From positions 713,643 to 777,642 of the forward strand of contig NW_015165838.1 in assembly GCF_001447785.1 (NCBI RefSeq): 64,000 bases of DNA, in the 5' to 3' direction. The translations under genes and the position numbers were made by a program. The notes beneath the pieces were generated by a model, which did not search any database, had not been told where the DNA came from, and saw only the letters and a list, made by a program, of their open reading frames with translations. The stretch is from Gekko japonicus. Its lineage: Eukaryota. This document shows positions 1 to 12,755 of the stretch, piece by piece (the stretch's first letter is position 1; each line of letters starts with the position of its first letter).

Positions 1-500
1 ATCATCAGACTCGCCTCCACCTGTAACCAGGCTCAGGAATGTAAGAAGACAACAGCTGAGAGAGCGAAGGCAGAATGCACGCATGCGTGCCAGAAGATCT
101 CTTAGCCCTGATTACTGACAGGATCCTGTCCTCACTCCTGGCTAGCTAATGAGTTGATTAGCTAGCACTGTATATATGCAAGTCTGTTGCCAGCAGTCAT
201 TTGTGCTGGCAACGTCGTTTGTTCAGGACCTGAATCCTTGCATCTCTGCTCCAGACCTTGTGGAACTCTTCTCGGCTTGATCCTCGGCTTTTGACCTTCG
301 GCTTTGTTGACCCTGCGTGCATCTCTGACTCCTCTGGTATCGTTGTGATTTATGGACTTGAAACTTTGGTATGTCTGACCCTGCTTCTGGACTGTGATTT
401 AAACCTGCTTGAACCTTGCTACCTGATTTGCCCGGCTTGACCTCGGACTGTTCCTGGACTTTTGCTTGCTTGCGTCACGCCCCCTGGTCCTGCCGTGACA
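1..500 (+). mobile_element. Probable Gypsy-type LTR (3' part, solo)
   Basis: TATATAT at 171, pyrimidine-rich U5-like region with repeated GAC(C/T)T motifs, ends ...GTGACA at 500; no primer-binding site follows. Confidence 0.5.
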
Positions 501-929
501 ATCCTCCTGCAACTCCTGAGGGACTGGCTGAGATTTCTGTCACTATCTCTTTTTAAATTCCAATGGAGCATGGGCAAATACAATTTATGCTCTTCTCTCA
601 ATGCCAGGAGTCTGCATCCATTGGAACCTGAGCCACATTTAGCTCAGTATGGAATCTTTTAAAAAGAAAATAGTATTGAAGGTATATGAGGGGGCAGGTG
701 GGATGCTAGAGAATAGCTCTTTGTCGATCTCTTGCCATGAGTTTTAATGTATGTTGGCTCTTTAATTACAAAAGGGTGCTAACCCCACTCTTCTCTGAAG
801 CAAAGTAGGAAGAGCCTTCAACAGTCATAACCAATCAGTCAGACATACTGTAGCCCATTGTTATTCAACACTAATACAGAACATTCTTGATCATTGTCTG
901 TGAATCACTGAAGGTCTCCAAATCTATTT

Positions 930-1168
930 AGAAGAAGAGACAGGATTTACTCCCTTTTACTCCCCGAAGGAGTCTCAGAGCGGTTTACAATCCCTTTCCC
1001 TTCCCCTCCCCACAGCAGACATCCTGTGAGGTAGGTGGGGCTGAGAGAGCTCTGAGAGAACTTATGACTGACCCAAGGTCACCCAGCTGGCTGCATGTGG
1101 AGGAGTGGGGAATCAAACCCAGTTCTCCCAGATTACAGTCTGCGCTCCTAACCACTACACCAAACTGC
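930..1168 (-). mobile_element. tRNA-derived CORE SINE (Squam3-like)
   Basis: Reverse complement of the copies at 15000 and 22398, with A/B boxes and a (TTC)n tail. Confidence 0.85.
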
Positions 1169-1589
1169 TGTACACAGTGTGAACATTTATACTGATTTAC
1201 TATTTTCTAAACACCCACTAAAGATGTTTGTCTTCCTGTTTGCCAACTTCCTAAAAGGCACTCAGATTAAGACTACAATCATTTTAAAACAAATCTAACC
1301 ACTTCTATAACATCTGCATTATAATTATGCCTATGCAGGGAAAATAATGTGATCTGTGCAAGATTAAAGGAAAGTAGTCATTCCTTCTGACAAAGTTAAT
1401 ACAGTTGTCGCCTCACATGAGAGTTGAGGGAGGCATATTGCCTTTTCCTTGGTTTGGAGAACTGCAGACTCATTAAGGGAAATCTGTTAGCTAGAGATAA
1501 GGATTGTGCTTATCGGCTAGTTTTAAACTATCACTACAAAAGCTTCTGGGTAGAAGCTTAGAGTTTTGCATCAACACCAGAATGCAGAA

Positions 1590-1672
1590 CACTGCATTTT
1601 TGGCCACTGTGTGACAGAGTGTTGGACTGGATGGGCCACTGGCCTGATCCAACATTGGCTTCTCTTATGTTC
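1590..1672 (+). mobile_element. CR1-type 3' end fragment
   Basis: TTGGACTGGATGGGCCACTGGCCTGATCCAACA...CTTATGTTCT tail; reverse complement of the copy at 3107. Confidence 0.65.
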
Positions 1673-2329
1673 TCGTAGAGAAAGAAGTACCAAGTCTCTG
1701 GAGGAGGGGAGATTGGAAGAGCAATTTGCACCCAGTATCACTTCTCTGTTTCATGTCATGGAAATGCTGAAAGAAGAAACATTGCTTTACTGCACATGAA
1801 CATTGGTTTCATGAAAATGTAATATGCGTTTCACTTGCTGTAGCAGAAGCCCAGCTGCAGAGCCCTGCAGCTCAAATTACTGTATTAAAGCCTACCCAGT
1901 CTAAAGTTTATATCACAGCAAAATGTTTATGTAAAACATGCTTGTGCTAATCCTAAAAGGAAGCCACTGCAATGGTTGCACGTAATCCTATACCATCATG
2001 ATCATTCCCAAGGTCTGTTGTCTATGTTGTTTTTTAAAGCAAGGTTTGTTGTATCTCTCAATGTTCCTCCCTTTTTGCCTTGTTTGAATGGTAATTATGT
2101 TCTTGCATGCCAATTAGAGCTCCCTATAACATGTAGCTTCAGTGAGAGACTGTACTTCAAAAAGTCATCTAGTACAAGCAAATTCTGAGCTTCCCAAAGA
2201 AGTCCAACACCATCCATACCTAAGCAGGCATCAGATTTGAAGGTAATTAACAAAAGAATCCCTTCACTTCCAATAGCTTACTGAACAGTAAAACCCCTGA
2301 AGTTCTTGAAAACGCAATTCAAAATGCAA

Positions 2330-2458
2330 TAACGGATCTGCTTCAAGATGTTGGTAATTACTTTCAAAGCTTTATACGGCCTGGGACCAACATACCTAAG
2401 GGACCGCCTCTTCCCATATACGCCTCGGAGAGCATTACGCTCTGAGAGTCAACATCTC
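2330..2458 (+). mobile_element. L2 LINE 3' fragment running into gap
   Basis: Translation FKMLVITFKALYGLGPTYLRDRL...RALRS is typical of the L2 ORF2 C-terminus. Confidence 0.8.
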
Positions 2459-3106
2459 NNNNNNNNNNNNNNNNNNNNNNNNNNNNNNNNNNNNNNNNNN
2501 NNNNNNNNNNNNNNNNNNNNNNNNNNNNNNNNNNNNNNNNNNNNNNNNNNNNNNNNNNNNNNNNNNNNNNNNNNNNNNNNNNNNNNNNNNNNNNNNNNNN
2601 NNNNNNNNNNNNNNNNNNNNNNNNNNNNNNNNNNNNNNNNNNNNNNNNNNNNNNNNNNNNNNNNNNNNNNNNNNNNNNNNNNNNNNNNNNNNNNNNNNNN
2701 NNNNNNNNNNNNNNNNNNNNNNNNNNNNNNNNNNNNNNNNNNNNNNNNNNNNNNNNNNNNNNNNNNNNNNNNNNNNNNNNNNNNNNNNNNNNNNNNNNNN
2801 NNNNNNNNNNNNNNNNNNNNNNNNNNNNNNNNNNNNNNNNNNNNNNNNNNNNNNNNNNNNNNNNNNNNNNNNNNNNNNNNNNNNNNNNNNNNNNNNNNNN
2901 NNNNNNNNNNNNNNNNNNNNNNNNNNNNNNNNNNNNNNNNNNNNNNNNNNNNNNNNNNNNNNNNNNNNNNNNNNNNNNNNNNNNNNNNNNNNNNNNNNNN
3001 NNNNNNNNNNNNNNNNNNNNNNNNNNNNNNNNNNNNNNNNNNNNNNNNNNNNNNNNNNNNNNNNNNNNNNNNNNNNNNNNNNNNNNNNNNNNNNNNNNNN
3101 NNNNNN

Positions 3107-3290
3107 AGAACATAAGAACATAAGAGATGCCAATGTTGGATCAGGCCAAAGGCCCATCCAGTTCAACACTCTGTAATCACACAGTGGCCAGAAATACCAG
3201 TGCCATCAGGAGGTCCACCAGTGGGGCCAGGACATTAGAAGCCCTCCCACTGTTGACCCCCCCAAGCACCAAAATGACAGAGCATCACTT
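3107..3290 (-). mobile_element. CR1-type 3' end
   Basis: (AGAACATA)n tail followed by sequence matching 1590-1672. Confidence 0.65.
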
Positions 3291-3829
3291 GCAGATTTTT
3301 TCCCCAGTGCTTCTCGGTAATGCCTGAAGTCACCCTGTAAGAGAAATAGCCTAGTCTTAGGTTTGGAATTTTCCAAATCAGTTATATATGCATATATTTG
3401 GATGGCATTTTAATTACCTGATGAATTTTAGAAACTTAATATTTTACACTTATGCTTCATTTTAACTTGGTGTCTAAAATAACACTACCCACCATATAGT
3501 GCTAAGAAAGAAAAGAACTACAATAAATCTAGTAACATCCTTCCCCTTAAAATAAAAGCGACTTCACTTTCATAAACTAGTTACAAAACTTGGTAGTGGA
3601 GGAAAAGAGGGGTGGGACACACGGAAGAGGCTGCAAAATAAAGAAGTTATGTTGATCTTTCCAGATGTTTTATCGGTCTTTGATCTTGTATTTGGCATTC
3701 TTTACACTACTACAGCTAGCATCACTACCATATTCTTGAAACTGAATAGACTGTATCAGTGCATCACAATGAAGACTGGGTGACTTTGCACTCTAATTAA
3801 ATATCTGAAAAAGCATCAGACATATTTTA

Positions 3830-4420
3830 TTTAAAGTACTGATACGCTTCTGCCTTATCTTCACAAATTTAAGGCAGCCAACAAAAAAGAAAAAGCTGCA
3901 AGGACACAACAACCTTGTAAGCATTCAGTCAGTTAAAACCTATACACATATAAGAAAAGTCATTTAAAGCCAATACACATAGGTAAACATAGCCTAAACC
4001 AATTTTTCTTGCACCAAATCCTCTCTGGAATAGGTTTGTCTTACCCTCCCAAATGTGGCAAGTGAAGCATGCACTCCAAAAAGGCCATTCCACAGGAAGG
4101 AACCTACACAAGGAATGCCTGTGACCTCACTGCTGTTAAATGGACCATCCTATGTGAGAGTACCACCAGGAAAAGGCAGTCTGAGGAACACATAACTGAC
4201 ACACAGCCATAAACCGGGAGACACAGTTTGAGATTATTCACCACTTGTGTGCAAAACAGACATTTTCACCAATTACCACATGCTGGTATATGCCTCATTC
4301 ATGCGGAAGTCCTAATAGAAAGGAAACCTCAGACAGCTGTTCCTCCAACGAGAATATGCATGCAGCCATTGATCTGTATGTAATAGAGCCTACCAAATTG
4401 CATCTATAAGCAGAGATAAT
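3830..4420 (-). mobile_element. Old L2 3' fragment
   Basis: Degenerate similarity to the other L2 3' ends in the window. Confidence 0.45.
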
Positions 4421-4899
4421 GTAACGTAACCTAGATCTGTCAGTATTGTTTACATAGATCTTGTTCTCTCAAGGGAGGGTGCCAATCACTTACAGTCTGC
4501 TTTCAACCTTCAGCTGCTACTGTGTATTCCAAATAATAATTGTTGGATATTATATAGTCTGGAAGCAGCTGGAAGATATCAAGTGCACATGAAACCTGAA
4601 CTCACTCTAAAACCAAGGTACTCTGTAGGAAAAAAAAATCTTGTTATTGCAAATATTACGGTATTGGATTAAAGCTCATGTAGGCTAACATTTGGTTTTC
4701 AGCAGTGGCCAGCCACATACTTCTAGATAACTCACAAGCCCTTCACAATGTTATCTGCTGTGATATTATATTGCCTTTGAATTCGGATGTTCCGTTTAAC
4801 TACCAACTCTAATTAATGCTGATAGCGTTCAAGAATTTGTTTAATCTTTAAAGAGTCATTGAGTTAATACTATCTTGCAGTACTAAATTCTATTATCTG

Positions 4900-5340
4900 T
4901 GTGCCCACCTTTCTCCCTGACAACAGGGACACAAGACAGGTAACAGAAATAAAACAAAGTCTAAATAACTAGTTCATAAGAATAATAAAACATTAAGACA
5001 TAAAAACAAGCCAGAAAGACACAAGACACTCCAGTGCAAGAGTCCCAGAGTATGGCAAGTCCTTCTCCTGGGTTTTTGCACGTCTTATGAAATTCCAGAA
5101 GAGCTGATGCTTTCACAAGTTCCTCTGAGAGGTAATTCCAAAATCAAGCACTGAAAAGGCCCATCCATAATGGGCAGCAGCAGAAGGTATCCACCGAGGA
5201 GGTGGGACCAGCAAGCGTTGCTGTACTTGGTGAAGTTGCAGCCAGGGCTCATACTGACAGACCCTCTCCAAGAACGTATGTCCCAGATGAAGGACTTTAA
5301 ATTTAAGCACCCACACTAGGAACTGGGTCCAGAAATATCT
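4900..5340 (-). mobile_element. Old L2 3' fragment
   Basis: Minus-strand WVLKFKVLHLG...AFSV resembles the L2 ORF2 end, followed by a T-rich tail. Confidence 0.6.
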
Positions 5341-5569
5341 GCAACTGAAGCAGAAATTATTAAGTGGGACTAATATGCTTGCTATAGCTAACTGTTGTGT
5401 AAATTAACTGTTCCAAACTTTCTGGTGATCAGTTGCATTCCAAGGTCCTGAATCTTTACCTTGGCAGAGAAATGGAAAGGTCTTGTAGCGCAATTTACAA
5501 TTAGACCTTTATGGCACCCAGCCCCATCAGTTCCCCCCCCCCAAAAAAAAAAGTTCCAAAAGAGAATTT

Positions 5570-5815
5570 CAATGTGCCTTTTTAGGGACAGTGCTTCAAA
5601 TACTCCATCATTTTAGTTGCTACTTCCTGTACCTCCTGCAGCCTTTTAAAAAAAAGCAGAATAGGGAAGATCTAGACTGGGACACAGTATTCCAAGTTTG
5701 GCTATGCTGATTATTATACAAAATGACACAAGTTTTATTTTCAGGCCACTAATAAACCTCAACATAGAATTGGCCACAGCACAGAGCTGATGTTTCAGTG
5801 GTCACAGGACCCCAC
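5570..5815 (-). mobile_element. Old CR1 RT fragment
   Basis: GACTGGGACACAGTATTCCAAGT (LEYCVPVW-like) and neighbouring CR1 motifs. Confidence 0.55.
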
Positions 5816-6368
5816 TTAGTCTTACCAGCTGCAGCAATGCAAAAACCCCTCCTCTTCCATGATGTCAGGACAGCCAGGACAACCCTCTAGCACCACCAGC
5901 CAGGCTATGTTCCTTTAGGATGGCACCAGCCTGTTCTCACTTGGTCAGGAATGAGGCTGACCTGGTGCCACCCACCCAAGCCACAGCACAACCAAGCCAG
6001 GCTTGAGGTAGATGGGCTGCAGGGATGGCTCCCAAGGAAAGAAGCACCCTAGCAGGCAGCTGGTAGCTGGCCTATGAAGGAAGAAGAAGCCCTGCAGAAA
6101 GGTGGTGGGGAAAGGCATCTGGCATAATGGCAGATGGATGGGGGCAGGAGGAACCTGCCCAGGCCAACGAGAGCTTTCCTCCAATCCCCATGAATTCCAG
6201 GTTACATGGGTGGGGTGTAAATGGCAGGACAACATGGCATCCCACTGGTTATTCAAAGAGGGCCCGGAAACAGGATGTTATAGCCGATCCTGTTTGTACC
6301 ACTAGGAAGCAGAGGTCAGGGAGGAAGAGGAGAGTCCTAGTGTTGCAATCCCCTCCTCTCTTCTCACT

Positions 6369-7000
6369 GGGTGCGTTCAGTTCCAACTGGTGCAATTTGA
6401 TCCAGAAGAAACGTGATCACACTCACCTCCTGACTGTGCAGCACATCGCAATATGCCCGTTCACACTACCGATGCGCAGCAGCGCGCATCGGCGGTTTAA
6501 AATTTTTTTTTACATTTTGCACATGCGCATAGGCAGCCATCCACAGAGTTGAGATCTTCGCGCAGGCACAGAACACCGTGTCCCAAAAAGCGTGCCCTGA
6601 AGTGAAGACTTCCCTTTAAATTTTTACAGTGAAAAGGGCCTCCGTGAGGTCCCGGACTCATCCGCAGCCTAAAACTAAGCATCTTTTTAAAAAAAAACAA
6701 AAAAAAAAACGCCGGGGCGAAGCTTCACCCAAGCGCACACTGAGGAGGCTTTTAAAAAATGGCGGCCGAAAAGTGGAATCCTCAGGCTTCCGAACGGAAG
6801 TGGCTCTACACTGGCGGAGAGCAATCAGATGGGGATAATGCGGTTGGAACCGGTGCACTCAGGATACCACCACTCAGGGACCTAGTAGCAGAATACAACG
6901 GTTAGGGACTGAAGGAAGATGTTCACCGTGTGATCGCCTGTTAGAACACCGATTCCAACCGGCATCTATACCGGCATAAATGCCCCATCTGAACGCACCC
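6369..7000. mobile_element. Non-autonomous DNA transposon, PIF/Harbinger-like
   Basis: Perfect 12-bp TIR GGGTGCGTTCAG...CTGAACGCACCC, CpG-rich interior, flanks ACT/ACA (2 of 3 match). Confidence 0.7.
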
Positions 7001-9027
7001 ACAGAGGCCTAGAGGATCTTCTAGTGGTAGGAGTCGCCGCAATGGAGGGGCAAGAGGTGGGGCAAGAAGAGCCCCACAGTGCCCTACCCATTATTTCCAT
7101 ATTCTTTCTTTAAGCCTATCTGCAAGAGGAATACAATGAAGGTTTCCCTTGCTTGAGGCTAGTATTCTAATAGGCAGAAAACCCAACAAGAAGCTGTGAC
7201 TTCCCAGGTAACTAAATTCACTCCCAGCTATTACAGACTCCTTTCATCCTGTTAATAAAGTTAACAGTGCTGATTTGATTCACATCCAGATTTCAGCGCG
7301 TATATTTGTATTAGGATTATATGCTTGTTTTGTGGCACACAATTTAATTTAAGCACAAACTGCAGTCACATTTTATGCCGCTCCTTATGACACCAGCTAA
7401 AAATTTATTTGTATCTAGATTTGCCATTAAGATAGAAGGGGGGGAAAGAGAGATCAACTACAGTGCACAACTTGCTTCCTGGTCCCCTCAAATTTAAAAG
7501 CCATAAACAGATTCCAGTTGGTCTTCAGTATATTGGATTCTGAGAACATCAACACTTCCTGCCAACACACACACTCCAAGACTGCCAATTAAATATGCAA
7601 CAAGACAATCTGCCCTTTCATCAACGCTGGAGTTCATCATTCCTACACACACTCCATCCTTTGCAGATGCCATTTGTATCAATGGCAGCTTTCTTTCCTG
7701 GTTGTAAATAAAGCACAGAGTGTAATTACTAAAGTAAAGTGAGCATTCATAGTTATGCTGTGGGAATTTTTTGGTACTAGAAATGTTTAAAATAACCAGG
7801 ATTCTAGTTTCAAAACGCAAGAATCAAACTTCATATCTACATAGTAATAAATGGCTGTGTTTGGTTTCTAGTCTGAGCATGGGAAAGGAACTGACTGAGG
7901 GCAACCTACAAGAAGAATGCATCTCCTACTACTCTTAGTAGCTTTTAATACTGTCAACTATGTCCATTTTGTGGGTCACCTGATCAAGATGGGTTTGTTC
8001 AGGAGGTACTGCCTTATAGCTGCAGATCCCAGAATGTAGTGCTCAAGCTACTGCTTGTTGCATAGCCACTGACCTACAACAGTCTGTTTTGCCTCCCATG
8101 CCGTTTGGTCAGGTATACTTTTTACAACCTTGGGCTAGGGTGCCTATTGTAATCATTCTTGGACAAAACAGACTAACCACTGTCACACATGCCTTAGCAG
8201 TATCTAGATTGCAGTGCGTGTTCTATTCTACTGGTCTATGACTTTTTTAATGAACATTTCAATTAGAACCCCGTAACACATTTTACGTAGAGTTACATTA
8301 GAAGACTATCCCTAAAATTACAGCTGCCACAAAGTGTGCTGACTCAGAATATAAGAAAACTGCAATGATAAACATATAGGACCGGTGCTGTTTAATTTCC
8401 AGGCCCCACCTGATGTTCTGGTTCTCACAGTTAAAAGTCTTAAGTGGCGTAGATCCAAAATACCTGAAATCACTTTCACCCGTATGAATGACCCCGGACT
8501 TTAAGAACAGCTTAAACTGCAAATGTCTGCATAGACAGAAGTTAGCATTCACTGCATTATTTTTACTACTATTTTAGGTTTCTTCTGCAATTTCTTCATG
8601 TGGTTTTAAACTAATTTTAGTTTTGCAACTGTTTTTAACCGTTTACTTGCAGCTGAGGTCTTCTGGTCTGGATATTCTTTAGTGGATTGATGTTTTGTAT
8701 TTCCTACTTAAACAGAGCTGCATCCTTGTTTTCACCTTTATCCCACTGCTTTGGGGCAAGCTATTAGTGTCCTTTAGTGGTGACCAGCCTTTTTAGTAAG
8801 TGTGCCACAAGACAAATCCACTGTATGATAACTTATACAATGTATGTTTTAGTGCTCCACTGCAGCACGTAGACAGCCTCCCCTCACCTGCTGTTCTCAG
8901 AAGTAGCTTTGCCTCTTGTCTGCTGAGCCAGAGTACAAGCAGTAGGGCAGCTCTAGAGAAACAGGAAGGAGTGTAGGGATGACTCTGTGCCACAGCCTAG
9001 CCTCCAGGCCTTTCTGCTCCTGTTTAT

Positions 9028-9128
9028 ATTACACAAACACCTGCTGCCATGCCAAAGGTATAGCGTGTTTCTGTAACATTACACAAAACACCTGCTGCCA
9101 CGCCAAAGGTATAGCGTGTTTCTGTAAT
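9028..9128. repeat. Tandem duplication, about 50 bp x2
   Basis: ATTACACAAA(A)CACCTGCTGCCAYGCCAAAGGTATAGCGTGTTTCTGTAA repeated. Confidence 0.9.
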
Positions 9129-9451
9129 GGCCCTGGAGTGGTTCAGACAGATTTGCTTTCTGTGCTCAGGGACACAATCCAAAGAAATACTTTAAGCATA
9201 CCCAAGGGTTTGGGGTGCTTCACCAAATTCTTATTTGCCTCTCTGAACAGCCACCTCCCCGTATCACAACCACAAACTGCTAGACAAATTCCCTTATATT
9301 AGAAGTCAATGGCACGCAACTCTAATCTAGCCATCAGAAGGTATGCCATGATTGTATTTCTCTAGACTATGGACATCATGTAATTTAAAGTCAACAAGGA
9401 ATGTTTTCACAGGCCAGACTGGCTGGGGTTTAAGTATTAATGACAGCCAAG

Positions 9452-10282
9452 TGTGAAGCCCCCCCAGGGTTAGGGGACGCATCCTCCTGTGGAGGAGCCA
9501 TCATTCCTCCACACTGTCAGAGGGGAGGCAACACACCAGAACACTTTGCCCCTTGTAAGCCGCCCTGAGCCCACTTTGCGGGGAGGGTGGGGTAAAAATC
9601 CCAATAAAATAAATAAACAAATACTTTACTGTCTTGGCTTCTTTACATTGCCAACAACAGAGGTCAACCATCACCTTGTGGTGCAGCCTCATCTCCATCT
9701 ATTTATACCTCGCTGATAGGGATACTTTTCCCACCTGGGTCCATCTTCCAGGTCCTTAAGCTCCTGCCCTGGCTGCTGCACCCTTCCTGCACAGTTAAGC
9801 CAAGGGAAGCCCAGCTCCCTGGGTCAGGTGTTAAATATTCCTCCTGGCTGCTTTCGGAGCTTGGAATACTGACTTCAGAGGCTTCAGGAGACCTGGTACC
9901 CTCCTGTGTACAAAGGCCCCAAGACTGCCACACCTACAGCCTTCAGCCAGCTATACCCTTATTGCTTTCTGCTGGGGGTCTTTTATCCCTCTTCACCTGG
10001 CTACTCTAAGTTCCCATTTCCCTGCTCCTACTCTCAAGTAAGCCCTTCTTCTTAAGGAGGCCTTTGCACCAGAGGAGTTCTTTGCTCCCCTGGAAGCTAG
10101 TACTGGTGGGGCTTCCTTCTGACTGCTCCTCCCTTGCTGTTGTCGCCACCCCATCTGGCTCTCCTCCCAACCCTGCCATGTTGCTCTCTGCTGCTCTCCT
10201 TAAGGCCATGCCCACACTCCACCCCTTCTCCCTCAGACATAAGCAGCCATGGGCTGTGATGCCAAATTAAGGCCTGGTAACA
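9452..10282 (-). mobile_element. Possible solo LTR interrupted by an L2-type tail (about 9553-9620)
   Basis: TG...CA ends and LTR-like composition; no matching TSD found. Confidence 0.35.
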
Positions 10283-10609
10283 GGTAGTAATGAGAACAAT
10301 CTCCCTTATAAATAAAAGCCGAATGGTGGTGGCACTTCTCTAGAACATTCCACACGCTCCGGAATTGGTTGGCGCCCTGGTGTGTCACTCAGAATCTGTC
10401 CCTATCCACTGGCTGCATTGCTTGAGTCTCGCCTCCAACAGTCTAAACATTTTGCTGTTCCTCTCACCCACATAACCAGTCAGAACACAGAGGTTATTTG
10501 CATATGCAGCCTCATTGGCCTTTGCCTCGAAACACAGAGGTCGCTTGCATATACGACTTGATTGGCTTTTGCCTCTAACATTCTAAACAGTTTGCTGTTC
10601 AGAGGTAAA

Positions 10610-11135
10610 ATGTGTCCAATCTCCAGGTGAGGACTGGAGATCACTCAGAATTACAACTGCTTTCCAGATAGCAGAGATCAGTTCCCCTGGAGAAAATGGT
10701 GGGCTCTGTATCCTTATATGCTGCTGAGGTGGCCCCCATATGACAGCCAATGTGACATAGCAGTCAGAGCTTCAGAGCACGGGAGAGGCTGCAGGTGTGT
10801 GGGGGTGGAAAGCTGAAGAGTGAGGGGAAAATAAGGGTAGGTTGATGCTTGGCTGGGAAGGAGATAGGGTTGCCAACTCCAGGTGGGAAATTCCTGGAGA
10901 TGTCAGGGATGGAGCCTGGAGAGGGTGAGGTTTCAGGAGGCGTGGGACCTCGGACAGGTACAAAGCCATAGATTCCACCCTCCAAACCAACTATTCCCTT
11001 CTGGGGAACCATCGTTGCCAATCTCCAGGTGAGGGCTGGAGATCACTCAAAATTACAACTGTTCTTTAGGTAGCAGAGATCAGTTCCTCTGCAGAAAATG
11101 GTGGACTCAGTGTCATTATACCCTGCTGAGGTCGC
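10610..11135. mobile_element. Fragments of a TAGGGTTGCCA-TIR hAT-like MITE family
   Basis: TAGGGTTGCCAAC at 10865; 10617-10730 is duplicated at 11018-11131; same family as 26745-26930. Confidence 0.7.
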
Positions 11136-12333
11136 CACAGCAAATTGACACTGAGTGTCCAAGGTCGGGGCATCCGCCCAGAGCCTCTTTCTAGAGGCCG
11201 TTGTATTTATTTCCACAATGGGCCTTTTTCCTAGTCTAACATAATTTTGCTAGCTTTGTGAGAACTGAAAGCCAAGAATTTCTGGAAGCACCAAGGAAGA
11301 CAGAATTCATGTCTGCCAGTTTTGCAGGATGACCTCTTAGCAGGCATGGAAATATTTAATATCACTTTCTGCTTGCATCCACACCACTATACCTTTCTAA
11401 ATATGCTGTATCTTCTCAGTGTATTGCTTCCTGTCGTCCTCAAGCATCTTCTCTTGAAAATCTGTGAACTGTCTACCCTTTTCAGGTCATGTGTTCTTAA
11501 GTCCATAATAAAACTTTACTGCAAGTGCATAAAAATGTATCACAAATGGAAAAAGGGGAACAGATTGCTGTGATGCATTTTGCAGTAGTGGAGTACGTGA
11601 AGAGTAGGAAGATGAGAAAGCTGGAAAGATGAAAACTGACTAATATGTGTTAACTGGATTTTAAAAATGTAAGTTAAAAGGGGAAGAAGAAAAATAATCA
11701 TCCACACAACCACTACAAGCATTAAGGGGCTCCACAGCAATGCCAGAAACAGAATACTACATTTATATTATGTTACATATTTACTGCTACAATTATATCC
11801 CCTCTTTTTTTCCATTGTGGAACTCAAGGCAACATCCCAAAGGTTCACAGGAGTAGGCCCAAGCAGACAAGACAATCAGCCCAAACTGCTTAGCTTTAGC
11901 ATGGTGGTTGATTTGCATGCTTTCCAACCGTACTCTGAAGAGGAAGACAACAGAAGTTCAGCATCTTTCATTTTTTTCAGTGCAACAGAATCTCCTGTTG
12001 AAATCAACTAGACTGAAAATTGGTTTAATTTGAAGGTGCGGCCCTTTCAGGGGAGAAGTAGAAGGTAGTAGAGAATGCACCCCACCTACTGATGTTTCAC
12101 TGAGAACTCTTTTCCCTGTGCTTATTCTTCATCCTAAGAAGCTAAGAATGTTTTTCTCATGCTCAGGCAGAAGTGTCCAGAAAGGAAGACAGGAGTCGCA
12201 GAGAAGTCCTCTATTTATCCCCTACAAATACTGCCTTGCACAGTTTGAATATCAGAGGCAAACATGGGAATGGAAAATTCAGCACAGACACTAATCATCT
12301 TATTTTGAGTTCTTAAGACAGGATATTGCATTG

Positions 12334-12755
12334 TAGAGATGGGCACAAACTGAACCCAAGTCCAAGCCGGACTCTGCCCGATTCAGGGTTTGCAAGTCAA
12401 GATTCAGGGAAGGCACCTTCCCCCGCACACTCACTGAGCTTTTCGGCTTGATTCAGCTCGCGTGTTCAGCACACCACTTCCAGGTGGTGTCAGGACCTGC
12501 CCCTGGCACACTTGCATCATCCGTAAAAGATGCAAGTGCAGCGCCAATGTGCTCGCATCACTTCTGGGTAACATGGGGCGCCAGGGATAGGGCCTGACAC
12601 CACCCAGAAATGACATGGGTATGCTGGGGATGATGCCTGATGCCACCCGAACCAGTTCAGTTCAGGCTGGTTTTTTGCTCAGGGGTTTGGTTTGGGGCTG
12701 CCCAGTTCACGAGCCCCAGACTGAACCGGGCTTTCCTGGTCTGTGCCCATCCCTG
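12334..12755. mobile_element. hAT MITE
   Basis: TIR TAGAGATGGGCACA...TGTGCCCATCCCTG, perfect 8-bp TSD TTGCATTG (12326-12333 and 12756-12763). Confidence 0.9.

Noticed and set aside
2348-3169. Long ORFs of 244-255 aa (and those at 44445-44975)
   Set aside because: Artefacts of N-runs; only the L2 fragment before the first gap is real.
8464-8526. 63-nt minus-strand exon-like segment (CTAAC branch point, cag acceptor, CAG|gtattt)
   Set aside because: Short pyrimidine tract, mediocre donor and an in-frame stop; such pairs arise by chance in long introns.
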